From: an uncultured Alphaproteobacteria bacterium
Lineage (GTDB): Bacteria; Pseudomonadota; Alphaproteobacteria; MPNO01; DASWLB01
Length of the DNA: 64,000 bases
Direction of reading: 5' to 3'
Assembly (NCBI GenBank): GCA_963817535.1
Contig: CAWFOW010000011.1
Span: forward strand, 160,398-224,397
Position numbers and translations under genes: made by a program. This document shows positions 17,094 to 27,272 of this stretch, one piece after another (within the stretch, counting starts at the first letter, position 1; every line of letters begins with the position of its first letter). Below the pieces are notes generated by a model, which was not told the origin of the DNA, did no database searches, and was given only the letters and a program-made list of their open reading frames with translations.

Positions 17094-19375
17094 TGCGCGC
17101 CCCCGAACGCAATCTCACCTCGTTCGAAGGGCGGCGCGGGGCACAGCGCCTGCCGCCGCCCGAATACGTGTATGTCGAGCCATCGGACCTGCCCGGCACG
17201 CTGCGAAAGTTGTGGCGGCGCAAGGCCACGGTGCTCACGGTCGCGCTGGCCGGCCTCGCCATCGCGGCCATTGCCGGTGTGGTGATGGAGGACCGCTACG
17301 GTGCCACTTCCGTGGTCCGGGTCGGCGTGCCGCAGCCGCAGATCGCCGACCTCCAGTCCGTGAACGCTCTGGCGCCCAATCCCGAGACCATGGAGACCGA
17401 AGCTGCGGCGGCGCAGTCGCGAACCATCGCGACCGAGGCGGTCAAACGGCTCGGGCTGGAAAAGGACCCCGAGTTCAATCCGGCGCTTCGCGCGCCGTCG
17501 CTGTGGGCCAAGATCGTGCACCAGACCTGGGGCCTGATCACGCTGCAGTTCCTGCGCCCGGCGCGGCCGGCACCCCAGCCCAAAGAGGCGGACGCGGGCG
17601 ATCGCTACGATCCGCAGCAAAACGTCGTTGCGGCGCTCTTGTCCCGGCTCGACGTGAGCCAGGAGGGCCGGTCGCACATGCTGCAGATCGAGGTCCAGTC
17701 GGAGAGCCCGTTCAAGGCGGCCCGTATCGCCAACGCCGTCGCCAACCTGTATGTGGAAAGCCGGCTCGAGAGCCGCGCTCATGAGAACAGCTCGACCGGA
17801 AAGTGGCTCGACCAGCAAATCGCCACGCTGCGTGCCCGCGTCGACACGGCCGAGCGCGCAGTCGAGGACTACCGCCGGAAGGAGGGGCTCTACCAGACCA
17901 AGCAGGCGGGGGTGACCGAGCAGCAGCTCGGCGAGCTCAACACCCAGCTCATCCTGGCCCAAACCGAAATGGCGAGCGCCAAGGCCAAGCTCTCTGACGC
18001 CTCGAGCCTGCTGCGTGGCAAGACCCGCTCGCTCGATTCGGTGCCGGCGGTCCTCAGCTCGCCTACCATCATCGCGCTGAAGCAGCAGGAGGCCGAGGTC
18101 GAGCGGCACGCCGCCGAGCTGTCATCGACCTACGGTAAGAAGCACCCCGAGGTTCAGAACGTGCTTGCGGAGAAGACGGATATCCAGCGCAAGATTCGCG
18201 TCGAAGTGCAGCGCATCGTCCAGGGACTGCGGAACGAGGCGAACACGGCCGAGGCCCGCTACAACGCGTTGCGTCAGAATCTCGCCCAGCTCAAGGGCCA
18301 GATGGGCCAGAGCAACACCAAATCGGTCAAGCTGCACGAGCTCGAGCGCGAGGCGGATGCCAGCCGCAACCTGTACCAGAACTTCCTTCTGCGTTACCAG
18401 GAAACCCAGGCGCAGCAGAACTTCATTGGCGCGGACAGCCGGGTCGTGTCGCTGGCGGTTCCGCCGCTTTCGCCGGCTTACCCGCCGCGCAAGCTCATGC
18501 TGGTACTCGGCGGATTGGCGGGGCTCGCCCTCGGCGCCTTCCTCGCCCTGCTGGGCGAGCAGATGGACCGTTCGTTCCGCACCGCCGACGAGGTCGAGGA
18601 GGAGACACAGCTTCCGATGCTCGCCATGGTGCCGCGCATGGGCAGCGGGCGCCGGGTTCGACATGCAGTGCTGAACGACCCAGACTCACCGTTCTGCCAG
18701 GCGCTGCGAAAGCTGCACAGCTCACTGGTGTTCAACGGGCCCAAAGGAGTGCCCCCGAAGGTCGTCCTGTTCACCTCGACCCTGCCGGGCGAAGGGAAGT
18801 CGAGCCTTTGCGTCTCGTTGGCCCGCTTGCTCGCACTCGACGGTACCCGCGTCATCGTGCTCGACTGCGACTGGCATCGCCCCAACGTCCACCGCCTGTT
18901 CAATTCATCCAACCGGGACGGGTTGTCCGACGCGTTGCGGCGCGAGTTCGGCGGCGTGGAAACCGATCCCGACCACGCATTGCAGGAGGTCACCTATGTC
19001 GACCCGCGTTCGGGCGCGCATGCCATCTTCGCGGGTAACGCGAAGCAGACCCAGCGCGGCGCCGTCCGGTTCGACCGTCTGCGTGACGTGGTCGAGCGCC
19101 TGTCGCAGCAATACGACCATGTGTTGATCGACGGCCCACCGGTTCTCGTCGGGACCGAGGGGCTGTACCTGTCGCGTGTCGCGAACGTTTCGGTGTTCGT
19201 CATCCGTTGGGGTCGCACCAGCCGCGAGGAGGTGATCAGCGCGCTGCGCCAGCTGCGTGAGGTGCGGGCGGCGATTGCCGGGGTTGTTCTGTCGCAGGTG
19301 AATCCGCGGCGCTACCGCCAGTATGGTCGTGGTCCGCTCAATTACCACTATGCCCGAACCGGGTTCGAGGCCTAG
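17093..19375 (+). CDS. Polysaccharide co-polymerase / BY-tyrosine autokinase (Wzc/GumC/ExoP-like)
   Basis: Wzz-type chain-length domain with a long coiled coil. C-terminal kinase motifs: Walker A TSTLPGEGKSS, Walker A' VIVLDCDWHRP, Walker B HVLIDGPPVL. Tyr-rich tail RRYRQYGRGPLNYHY. The start overlaps the upstream stop (TGATG). Confidence 0.9.
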   Translation: MRAPERNLTSFEGRRGAQRLPPPEYVYVEPSDLPGTLRKLWRRKATVLTVALAGLAIAAIAGVVMEDRYGATSVVRVGVPQPQIADLQSVNALAPNPETMETEAAAAQSRTIATEAVKRLGLEKDPEFNPALRAPSLWAKIVHQTWGLITLQFLRPARPAPQPKEADAGDRYDPQQNVVAALLSRLDVSQEGRSHMLQIEVQSESPFKAARIANAVANLYVESRLESRAHENSSTGKWLDQQIATLRARVDTAERAVEDYRRKEGLYQTKQAGVTEQQLGELNTQLILAQTEMASAKAKLSDASSLLRGKTRSLDSVPAVLSSPTIIALKQQEAEVERHAAELSSTYGKKHPEVQNVLAEKTDIQRKIRVEVQRIVQGLRNEANTAEARYNALRQNLAQLKGQMGQSNTKSVKLHELEREADASRNLYQNFLLRYQETQAQQNFIGADSRVVSLAVPPLSPAYPPRKLMLVLGGLAGLALGAFLALLGEQMDRSFRTADEVEEETQLPMLAMVPRMGSGRRVRHAVLNDPDSPFCQALRKLHSSLVFNGPKGVPPKVVLFTSTLPGEGKSSLCVSLARLLALDGTRVIVLDCDWHRPNVHRLFNSSNRDGLSDALRREFGGVETDPDHALQEVTYVDPRSGAHAIFAGNAKQTQRGAVRFDRLRDVVERLSQQYDHVLIDGPPVLVGTEGLYLSRVANVSVFVIRWGRTSREEVISALRQLREVRAAIAGVVLSQVNPRRYRQYGRGPLNYHYARTGFEA

Positions 19376-19379
19376 CGCG

Positions 19380-20591
19380 ATGGCCGGGGCAGACCGGGCC
19401 CTGGTCGTCACGCAGCATTACGCGCCGGAGCCGATCGGCTCGGCACCGATCTGCACCGACCTTGCGGCCTGCCTCGCCGCGCACGGAAGCGCGGTGACGG
19501 TACTGACCAACCGGCCTTTCTATCCCGAGAGCGCGGTGCCCGCCGCCTATCGCAGCGGCGCGCGGGACTCCGAAACCGACGGCGGGATTGCCATCGAACG
19601 GGTGGCGCCATGGGTCGGCGCCGGCCGTTCGGCCCTCGGACGCGTCGCGTCGGATGCCGCATTCCTGCTGCGCGGCGCATCGGCACTCCTCGCACGGCGC
19701 GTGCGGCGCACGGCGCTGGTGATCTCGGTCAGCCCCTCAGTCCTAAGCGTACTGCTCGGCCGCGCGTGCGCCACAAGGGGCGGGCGCCACGTGGCGATCG
19801 TGCACGACATAGAATCCGGCATCGCCGACGGGCTCGGCATGGTGCGGGTCGGGCTGGCGGTACGCGCCTTCAAGGCGATCGAGCGGTTCGCGCTCGACCG
19901 CGCGGATCTGGTCGTCGTGCCGTCTGTGCGCATGCGCGACCGGCTGGTCGGTCTCGGCGTCACGGCGCCGGTCGAAGTCGTGCCGTTGTGGGTCGACGCC
20001 GATGCCATCCGGCCGCTGCCGCCGGCGGCCGGTCATCCCAAGACAATCCTCTATAGCGGCAATGTCGGGCGGAAACAGGGGCTCGGTCAGCTTCTCGATC
20101 TCGCCGCGGCGCTGGGCCCCCATCGTGCGGAGATCCGCATCGTCATCCGAGGTCGCGGCAGCGCGTGCGGTGAGCTCGAGCAGGAGGTGGTGTCGCGTGG
20201 TCTCGACAACATCGCGTTCGCCCCGCTGTTGCCGCCGCAGCGCCTGGCCGAAGGGCTCGCCGAGGGTCACGTGCACCTGGTACCGCAGGATCCGCGCGCT
20301 GCCGATTTTGCGATCCCGTCGAAAATCTTCACCATCATGGCCGCGGGCCGACCGTTCGTCGCGACCGCCGGGCCGGGGAGCGCGCTATGGGAGCTGCAGC
20401 AGGAAAGCGGCGCCTTCCTGTGCGTCGCGCCGTACGACATCGAGGGGTTTGCCGAAACGGTGCTGCGCCTGGCGCGTGACGAGGCGCTCAGCGCGGCCCT
20501 GGGCGCACGCGGCCGGCACTATGTCGAAACGCACTATGCGCGGGATGTCGTGACACGCCGGCTGCTCGATTGCATCGAAGGCACCGCATAG
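19380..20591 (+). CDS. Glycosyltransferase family 4 (WcaI-like)
   Basis: ORF 19323-20591 trimmed to ATG 19380, 5 nt after the upstream stop. The N-terminus ALVVTQHYAPEPIGSA and the GT-B C-terminal domain are typical of GT4. Confidence 0.85.
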   Translation: MAGADRALVVTQHYAPEPIGSAPICTDLAACLAAHGSAVTVLTNRPFYPESAVPAAYRSGARDSETDGGIAIERVAPWVGAGRSALGRVASDAAFLLRGASALLARRVRRTALVISVSPSVLSVLLGRACATRGGRHVAIVHDIESGIADGLGMVRVGLAVRAFKAIERFALDRADLVVVPSVRMRDRLVGLGVTAPVEVVPLWVDADAIRPLPPAAGHPKTILYSGNVGRKQGLGQLLDLAAALGPHRAEIRIVIRGRGSACGELEQEVVSRGLDNIAFAPLLPPQRLAEGLAEGHVHLVPQDPRAADFAIPSKIFTIMAAGRPFVATAGPGSALWELQQESGAFLCVAPYDIEGFAETVLRLARDEALSAALGARGRHYVETHYARDVVTRRLLDCIEGTA

Positions 20592-20595
20592 GGCG

Positions 20596-21882
20596 ATGCC
20601 GCCTGAACGTCGTCATGTCCTGATTTTCGAGCCCGATGCGCGTGGCCATGCCGAGGAGTGGTTTGGCCACATCCTGAGCTTCGTGCGCGAGGCCAAGCCT
20701 CCCGTTCGCGTGACCTTCGCAGTTCCGCGTGACCTCGTCGATCTGCTGGCCCCCGCTGCCGCGGCTTTGGATGATCCGCCAGTCGCGTTTCTGCCGCTCG
20801 ACGAGACTCACTGTGCCCGGTGCCTGCGGCCGCCGCTGGTGCGCGCGGCACTGGCGCGCTGGCGCCTGATGCGCGACTGCCTCGACGCGACCGGCGCCGA
20901 TGAAGGCCATTTCCTGTGCATCGATACCTTGTCGCTGCCGTTGGCACTTGGACTCACGATGGGAGGACGACGCCTCAGCGGTATCCTGTTCCGCCCATCC
21001 GCCCATTACCGGACGCTGGAGCCGTCGCGCCCGACCTGGCTGGAACGGCTGCGCGATGCGCGGAAGCGCCTTCTCTATCCGCGGATGCTGCGCAATCCGG
21101 AACTTGCAACCGTATTGTCACTTGATCCCTATTTCGCCACGTTCGCGCAGCGGGCGTACCACGACGGCGGGAAGGTCGTCGCACTGGCCGACCCAGCCGC
21201 CCGGCTGCGCGAGCCTTCCCCTGGTCCTTCGCCGTTCCCCTGCGGGCGCACCGCGTTCCTGCTGTTCGGCGAACTGACAGCCCGCAAGGGTGTCCTCCAG
21301 TTCCTCGAAGCCTGCGCCCAGCTTGATAGCGACACCGCACGGCGGGCCGCGGTGTTGATCGCCGGTCGCGTCGCGCCCGAGCTACGCCGCCAAGTCGCCC
21401 AGCGACTCCACACGCTGCGGGCACGGCGGCCCGAGCTTTGGATTGCGCTGGAGAACCGGCGCCTCTCCTCGAACGAATTGGCGGTGGCGATCGCCGCAAG
21501 TGACGTGGTCGTCGCGCCATATCAGCGCTTCGTCGGATCCAGCGGCGTCCTTGTCTGGGCGGCCGGTGCCGTACGGCCGGTCATCACGCAGAATTACGGC
21601 TTGCTGGGTCGTCTCGTGCGCGATTGCGGCCTCGGCCGCGCGGTCGATACCACGGATCCGCGCGCCATAGCCGCCGCGCTGCGCGATGCGACCGAAGGTT
21701 CCGATGGGCTGGGCTTCGATGCGGTTCGGGCACGGAGCTTCGCATCGTGTCGCGATGGCGCGAAATTCGCTGCGCACGTTCTCGGCGTCATCCACGAATC
21801 GCCTCATCCGTGTCAGGTCCGATCACGGCATCGCCCTGCCGGAACCACTACGGGATCACCCCGGTTTCCCTTCGTCCCGTGA
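20596..21882 (+). CDS. Putative GT-B glycosyltransferase (N-terminal half unrecognised)
   Basis: The C-terminal half has a GT1/GT4-like pattern (…FLLFGELTARKGV…, …VVVAPYQRFVGSSGVLVWAAGAVRPVI…). It lies in the operon between GT genes. Confidence 0.6.
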   Translation: MPPERRHVLIFEPDARGHAEEWFGHILSFVREAKPPVRVTFAVPRDLVDLLAPAAAALDDPPVAFLPLDETHCARCLRPPLVRAALARWRLMRDCLDATGADEGHFLCIDTLSLPLALGLTMGGRRLSGILFRPSAHYRTLEPSRPTWLERLRDARKRLLYPRMLRNPELATVLSLDPYFATFAQRAYHDGGKVVALADPAARLREPSPGPSPFPCGRTAFLLFGELTARKGVLQFLEACAQLDSDTARRAAVLIAGRVAPELRRQVAQRLHTLRARRPELWIALENRRLSSNELAVAIAASDVVVAPYQRFVGSSGVLVWAAGAVRPVITQNYGLLGRLVRDCGLGRAVDTTDPRAIAAALRDATEGSDGLGFDAVRARSFASCRDGAKFAAHVLGVIHESPHPCQVRSRHRPAGTTTGSPRFPFVP

Positions 21883-21908
21883 GACATTCGGCATGTTCTG
21901 AAAGCGCG

Positions 21909-23426
21909 ATGGTCCCATGGGGCGGCGCGTGTTGGGGCCAGTGGCGTGGGAGTAGTCGCGTGCGATTGGCATTGCAGGGACAACAGACGGAGAGCGGCAT
22001 CGCACCTGGGCGGGTCTCGGCGCGGTGCGCATCGCTGCGTGTCGTCAGCGGGCTGGTTGCCGCCGGCGACGCCGTCGTCATTTTCGCGTCTGGCGCGTTC
22101 GCACACTGGCTTGCGCCGCTGGCCTGGCGGGCGGAGGCGGCGCAGCATCTCGGCACCTACGCGTTCGCGGCGCTGCTCACCCTTCATCTCGTCCGGTTGG
22201 TCGGTGGCTACCGCGCCGAGTCGGAATGGAGCCTCGGAGGCGCGCTCGGGCGCCTCATGGCTGGATGGTTCACGACGGTCGGCATCGCCGCGACGCTAAG
22301 CTGGAGCGTAACGGCCCAGGTGCCGTTTGCCGGTGTCTGGTTCCTCGGCTGGGTGGCGTCGGCCACAGCTGGCCTCGTCTTCGTGCGCACCGTGGCGTGT
22401 GTCCTGATCAACCATCTGCACGCGACCGGCGCGTTCGCGCGTCGTGTCGCCATCGTCGGCTGCGGAGCCGACGGGCAGGAGGTTCTGGCGCGGTATGCGA
22501 CCGAGCGGCCCGGTGACGTGCGTGTGGTCGGCGTGTTCGACGATCGCGTTCGTCGCACGCCGCATTTCTGCTGGGGCTACCCCAATTGCGGCGACGTGGA
22601 TGCGCTGGTCGCGTTCGCGCGCCACAACGCGGTCGACGATGTGATCGTCGCGCTGCCCTTGGCGGCGGAGAAGCGACTGCGTGAACTGCTGGCGCGCCTT
22701 CGGGTCATCGCCTCGGATCTGCACGTCGTGGCGAGTGGTCTCGATTTTGCGGGCGATGCGACCGGCCTGGCGCGGATGGGCGGAGTTGCGACGATCCGCA
22801 TCATCCAGCGCCCGCTCGCCGATTGGCGGCTGGTGGCCAAGGAACTCGAGGACCGCATCCTCGGCACCGCCATCCTCGCGCTCATCTCGCCGGTGCTTCT
22901 AGTGATCGCGGCTCTGATCAAGCTCGATAGCCCGGGGCCGGTCCTGTTCCGCCAGCAGCGCTACGGCTTCAACAACCGCATGATCGAGGTGTTCAAGTTC
23001 CGCACCATGCGGGCCGACCTGGCCGACAACAATGCAGAGCGACTGACGACGCGCGACGACCCGCGCGTGACCCGTCTCGGCCGTATCCTGCGCCGCACCA
23101 GTCTCGATGAACTACCGCAGTTCATCAACGTTGTCCGTGGCGAGATGTCGATCGTGGGACCCCGGCCGCACGCGCGCGCGGCAAAGGCGGCCGGCATCCT
23201 CTACGCCGATGCGGTCGAGGCGTACGCCGCTCGGCACAAGGTGAAACCCGGCATCACGGGGCTCGCGCAGATCAACGGCTGGCGTGGTGAGACCCGCACG
23301 CTGGAGCAGATCCACCAACGGGTGGCGCACGACATGGACTACATTCGGAACTGGTCACTGTGGCTCGACTTGAAGATCATCGTCATCACGGCCTTCACAG
23401 GGTTCTCCAGCCGCGACGCGTACTGA
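21909..23426 (+). CDS. Undecaprenyl-phosphate hexose-1-phosphate transferase (WcaJ/priming phosphoglycosyltransferase family)
   Basis: N-terminal TM helices, a central Rossmann-like block (VAIVGCGADG) and a C-terminal bacterial sugar-transferase domain (…LDSPGPVLFRQQRYGFNNRMIEVFKFRTM…DELPQFINVVRGEMSIVGPRP…). The start at ATG 21909 is approximate; the track ORF begins at 21624. Confidence 0.85.
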   Translation: MVPWGGACWGQWRGSSRVRLALQGQQTESGIAPGRVSARCASLRVVSGLVAAGDAVVIFASGAFAHWLAPLAWRAEAAQHLGTYAFAALLTLHLVRLVGGYRAESEWSLGGALGRLMAGWFTTVGIAATLSWSVTAQVPFAGVWFLGWVASATAGLVFVRTVACVLINHLHATGAFARRVAIVGCGADGQEVLARYATERPGDVRVVGVFDDRVRRTPHFCWGYPNCGDVDALVAFARHNAVDDVIVALPLAAEKRLRELLARLRVIASDLHVVASGLDFAGDATGLARMGGVATIRIIQRPLADWRLVAKELEDRILGTAILALISPVLLVIAALIKLDSPGPVLFRQQRYGFNNRMIEVFKFRTMRADLADNNAERLTTRDDPRVTRLGRILRRTSLDELPQFINVVRGEMSIVGPRPHARAAKAAGILYADAVEAYAARHKVKPGITGLAQINGWRGETRTLEQIHQRVAHDMDYIRNWSLWLDLKIIVITAFTGFSSRDAY

Positions 23427-23464
23427 CGCGGCCGTCGGGCGCAGCGACGCTGCGCCCGCACTGC

Positions 23465-24649
23465 TTGTGGATCACCTGGGTCGACCCGCGAGACGGACAG
23501 AGCGGCGAGTTGATCTATTCCGGCCGCCTGCTCGAATCCCTCGCACGCGCCGGCGCGACGGTCGAGGTGCTGTGCCAGTCGCGCCCAGGTGCGCCCGCGC
23601 GGCTGGTTGATGGCGAGCCGCCCATCCATTGGCACCGCCTTGCACCGAACGCACGGCCGGCTTGGGCGAGCCTCGTTTCCCCGCTGCCGAACGTCGCGTG
23701 GCGGGCGTCGCGTGGCGTCATCGCGTGCGAGCTGCGCGCGCAGCTGGCACGCGAATGCTGGGATTGGGTGATCATCGACGCCTTGCATGCGGGCTGGGCC
23801 TTCGCCGACGTGGCGGCGGCGCGCGCCCGGTCGGGTGGCGCGCGGCCGCGTATCGTCTATGTCGCGCACAACCATGAGGAAACGACGCGGCGGCGCCTGG
23901 CCGGTGGCGCCGGCGGAAGCATGTTGCGGAGGCTCGCCTTCGCGCGCGACGCCGACAAGGCTGGCATGCTCGAGCGCCGCATGGTGGACGAGGCCGACCT
24001 CGTGACAGCGATCACCGACGACGATCGGGACCTGTTCGCCCGGCGGCGCGGCGTCCGCCCCATCGTCGTGCTGCCGCCCGGATATGACGGGCCGCGCCGG
24101 GCGATGCGGCGCTTCGGGCCCGATACGCCGCGCCGCGCGGTGATGGTCGGCAGCTTTCATTGGGTCGCCAAGCAAATGAACCTCGAGCAATTCGTCGCTG
24201 TGGCCGATCCGGTCTTTGCTGCGGCGGGGGTCGAGCTGCGGGTCGTGGGCGGCGGGCCGGAGGCTTTGTTCCGCCGCCTGTCGCGCAAGGTGCGGGCGAC
24301 GCGCTTCACCGGTCCGGTCAAGCGGATCGAGCCCCATATCGAGGACGCGCGCATCGCAATCGTGCCCGAGGAGACGGGCGGCGGCTTCAAGCTCAAGGTA
24401 CTCGATTACGTGTTCAACCGCCTGCCGGTCGCCTGCCTCGATGGCAGCGTGGCCGGTACGCCTTTGGTCGCGCCGGACAGCATGCTGTCCTTCCCTACCT
24501 TCCAGGCACTCGCCGCCGGCGTCGTGGCGGCGATCGACGACGCGGCACAGCTCGAAAGGCTTCAGGCGCGTGCCTTCGATGCTTGCGCCAGCCGGTTCGA
24601 CTGGCAGACCAGGGGGGAGGCGCTGTGTCGGGCGATCTCGGACCTGTGA
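23465..24649 (+). CDS. Glycosyltransferase (GT-B, GT4-like)
   Basis: GT-B pattern (…IVYVAHNHEE…, …AVMVGSFHWVAKQ…, …IVPEETGGGFKLKVLDYV…). The start is uncertain. I chose TTG 23465 because it is the first canonical start after the upstream stop at 23426; the track ORF begins at 23360. Confidence 0.6.
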   Translation: MWITWVDPRDGQSGELIYSGRLLESLARAGATVEVLCQSRPGAPARLVDGEPPIHWHRLAPNARPAWASLVSPLPNVAWRASRGVIACELRAQLARECWDWVIIDALHAGWAFADVAAARARSGGARPRIVYVAHNHEETTRRRLAGGAGGSMLRRLAFARDADKAGMLERRMVDEADLVTAITDDDRDLFARRRGVRPIVVLPPGYDGPRRAMRRFGPDTPRRAVMVGSFHWVAKQMNLEQFVAVADPVFAAAGVELRVVGGGPEALFRRLSRKVRATRFTGPVKRIEPHIEDARIAIVPEETGGGFKLKVLDYVFNRLPVACLDGSVAGTPLVAPDSMLSFPTFQALAAGVVAAIDDAAQLERLQARAFDACASRFDWQTRGEALCRAISDL

Positions 24650-26010
24650 ACGTCGCCCGCAACGCGTCGGCAGACGGGCTCGATACGATCCTGGTCGCGC
24701 TGTTTCTGTTCGGGATCGCCACGGGCATCGCCGTCAACTTTGCGGCCGGCGTGCCGATCCCCGCTGTTCTCGCCGGCGCGGCCGGCGCCGTGCTCCTGAT
24801 CAAGAACCTCGACCGCATCGGCGAGGGCGAGCTGCAGGCGCTGGTCGCGGTGATCATGATCTACCTGCTCTCGATCCTGTGCGCCGGAGGCAGCCAGTAT
24901 TTGCATGAGCGGACGAAGGGCCTCGTACAGCTCGTCTATTCTCTGGTGATTGCCTACGCGCTGTTCCTGACCGCGCTGCGCTACGACCGGCGCAGCTTCG
25001 CGCGCATCTTTCTGGTGGCGTGCTTGTTGATCGTCGTTGGCGCGGCGCTGGAGAACTACACCGGGTTCCGCGCGATCAGCGATGCGTTCCGCCAGAAATT
25101 CTACGATTTCGGCGTGTACCGGGCCGATCTGCGCGACCAGATCCTGTACGGGCGCATCCGTCCCAAGCTGTTCACCTCCGAGCCGTCGGCGCTCACCTTC
25201 GCCTACACGCTGTTCGCGTTCCTGTGGTACGTGCTCTCGCCGGCGCGCGCGAAGATCCTGGGTTTCCTGGCGCTGCTCGCCGCAGGCTATTACCTGATGC
25301 GCGGCCCGACGCTGCTGCTCGGACTTCCGCTCGCCTCCGCCTACGAGCTTCTCCTCGCACCACGCCGGCCGGTCGGCACGTCCAGCCGGATCGACGGGAC
25401 GCGCGTGTTTGCCGGTCTCATGGTCTGCGCGGTCCTTGTCGCGGTCTTCGCGGTGCTGGGCAGCACACTTTACGCCGAGCGTCTCTCGCTGATCGCCCAG
25501 GGCGCCGATCCCAGCTTCTTCTCGCGCGAGCTTGGGCCGTTCCTGGTAGCGAAGGACGTGCTGACCCACCATCCGATCGCCGGGGCGGGGGTGACCGGAG
25601 AGGAGTACATCGCCGAACGCGTGCGGTCGGTCTATCTTGACGCCCGCAACTTCTCGGGCACGGTGACGCTCAGCGACACCGCGCACGTCGTGACGAACTA
25701 TTTCTGGAGCCACTGGATCTATCTCGGCTTCGTGTTCGGCACTGCCACACTTGTCGCGCTCAGCTACTGGCTGCGCGTCCTCGGTGCGCCGAGCCTGCTG
25801 TTTTGCTGGACGGTCTGGGTGCTGTTCGGCCAGGCCTCGGGCGCCTACGTCTCGCCGAAGACCTGGAGCGTCTTGCTGCTGGCCTGTGCCGTCGCCGTGC
25901 TGCACGAGCGTCAGCCGATATTGCGCGTGCCGGCGCACCGCCGGTCCCAGGCCCGCAACTGGCGGGTGCTGCGCCCTGTGTTGACGGCGCAAGGGGGCAC
26001 GCCGCCGTGA
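24646..26010 (+). CDS. Polysaccharide polymerase (Wzy / O-antigen ligase-like membrane protein)
   Basis: GTG 24646 overlaps the upstream stop (GTGA). About 454 aa with 10 or more hydrophobic helices and one larger loop, and no soluble domain. It sits among GT genes in a Wzx-containing locus. Confidence 0.7.
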   Translation: MNVARNASADGLDTILVALFLFGIATGIAVNFAAGVPIPAVLAGAAGAVLLIKNLDRIGEGELQALVAVIMIYLLSILCAGGSQYLHERTKGLVQLVYSLVIAYALFLTALRYDRRSFARIFLVACLLIVVGAALENYTGFRAISDAFRQKFYDFGVYRADLRDQILYGRIRPKLFTSEPSALTFAYTLFAFLWYVLSPARAKILGFLALLAAGYYLMRGPTLLLGLPLASAYELLLAPRRPVGTSSRIDGTRVFAGLMVCAVLVAVFAVLGSTLYAERLSLIAQGADPSFFSRELGPFLVAKDVLTHHPIAGAGVTGEEYIAERVRSVYLDARNFSGTVTLSDTAHVVTNYFWSHWIYLGFVFGTATLVALSYWLRVLGAPSLLFCWTVWVLFGQASGAYVSPKTWSVLLLACAVAVLHERQPILRVPAHRRSQARNWRVLRPVLTAQGGTPP

Positions 26011-27272
26011 GGATCGTCCATCTCTGCTCGACCGACACGCAGGGCGGCGCATCGCGCGGCGCGTACTGGCTGCATCGCGCGCTGTGCGATGCCGGGCTCG
26101 ACTCGCTGATGCTGGTGGATCGCAAATACAGCGACGACGACCGCGTCATCGATGCGAGCGCGGGACCACGGCGCGTGGGACGCGCGCTGCGTGCGCGGCT
26201 CGACGCGCTGCCGCTTGCGCGCTACCGCAAAACCGAAGAGTCGTACTGGTCGGTCGGCTGGGTACCCCACCGCATCGAGCGTGCCCTGGATGCGCTCGAT
26301 CCCGACCTGGTGCACCTGCACTGGATCACGGGTGGGTTCGTACCGGTCGATGCGTTGCGCCGCATCGGGCGGCCGATGGTCTGGACCTTGCGCGACATGT
26401 GGGCCTTCACCGGCGGCTGTCACTATTCCGGTGCCTGCGAACGCTACCAGAATGCATGCGGAACGTGCCCCCAGCTCCGTTCGATGCATGAGAACGACCT
26501 CAGCCGGCGGGTCGTTCGTGCCAAACGGCGCGCCTGGCAGGGGATAGATCTCACGCTGGTTCCGATCAGCCGCTGGCTGGCGACGGCGGCGCGGGCAAGC
26601 CCGCTGTTCGCCGCCAATGCCATGGAGGTCATCCCGAACGGGATCGACGTCAGGAGCTTTCGCCCGATGGACCGCGCGTTGGCGAAACGCGCCCTTGGCT
26701 TTCCCGCCGATCGCTCGCTGATCCTCTTCGGCGCGGTCAATCCGATCGGCGATGCCCGAAAGGGGTTCGGCCCGTTCTGCGAAGCGATGCGAATCCTGGC
26801 CCGAAGGGGCTGGAACGGGTGCGCCGATGCCGCCGTGTTCGGCGCGGCAGAGCCGGAGGAGGGGCTTCCGGCCGGCACGCCGCGGATGCGGTTCCTCGGC
26901 CATGTCGCCGACGACTCGGCGCTCGCTACGCTCTACGCAGCCGCCGACGTGATGGTCACCCCGTCGATGCAGGAGGCGTTCGGCAAGACTCTGATCGAAG
27001 CCTTCGCTTGTGCAACGCCGGTGGTCGCGTTCTCGAGCGGTGGGCCGGCCGACATCGTCAACCATCGGGAAAATGGCTATCTCGCGCCGCCGTTCGAAGC
27101 CGCCGGGCTGGCGGACGGCATTGCCTGGTGCCTCGGTGCACCGGGGCGCGCCGCCGCGCTCGGGCTGCGTGGGCGGGCCAAGGCCGAGGCCATTTACGAT
27201 ATCCGCGTCGTCGCCGCGCGCTATCGCGCGCTCTACCACAACGCGCTGGGCAGGCAGAATGCGGCGGCGTGA
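26007..27272 (+). CDS. Glycosyltransferase family 4
   Basis: GTG 26007 overlaps the upstream stop (GTGA). The N-terminus VRIVHLCSTDTQGGASRGAYWLHRAL and the C-terminal motif …VTPSMQEAFGKTLIEAFACATPVVAFSSGG… are typical of GT4. Confidence 0.85.
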   Translation: MRIVHLCSTDTQGGASRGAYWLHRALCDAGLDSLMLVDRKYSDDDRVIDASAGPRRVGRALRARLDALPLARYRKTEESYWSVGWVPHRIERALDALDPDLVHLHWITGGFVPVDALRRIGRPMVWTLRDMWAFTGGCHYSGACERYQNACGTCPQLRSMHENDLSRRVVRAKRRAWQGIDLTLVPISRWLATAARASPLFAANAMEVIPNGIDVRSFRPMDRALAKRALGFPADRSLILFGAVNPIGDARKGFGPFCEAMRILARRGWNGCADAAVFGAAEPEEGLPAGTPRMRFLGHVADDSALATLYAAADVMVTPSMQEAFGKTLIEAFACATPVVAFSSGGPADIVNHRENGYLAPPFEAAGLADGIAWCLGAPGRAAALGLRGRAKAEAIYDIRVVAARYRALYHNALGRQNAAA

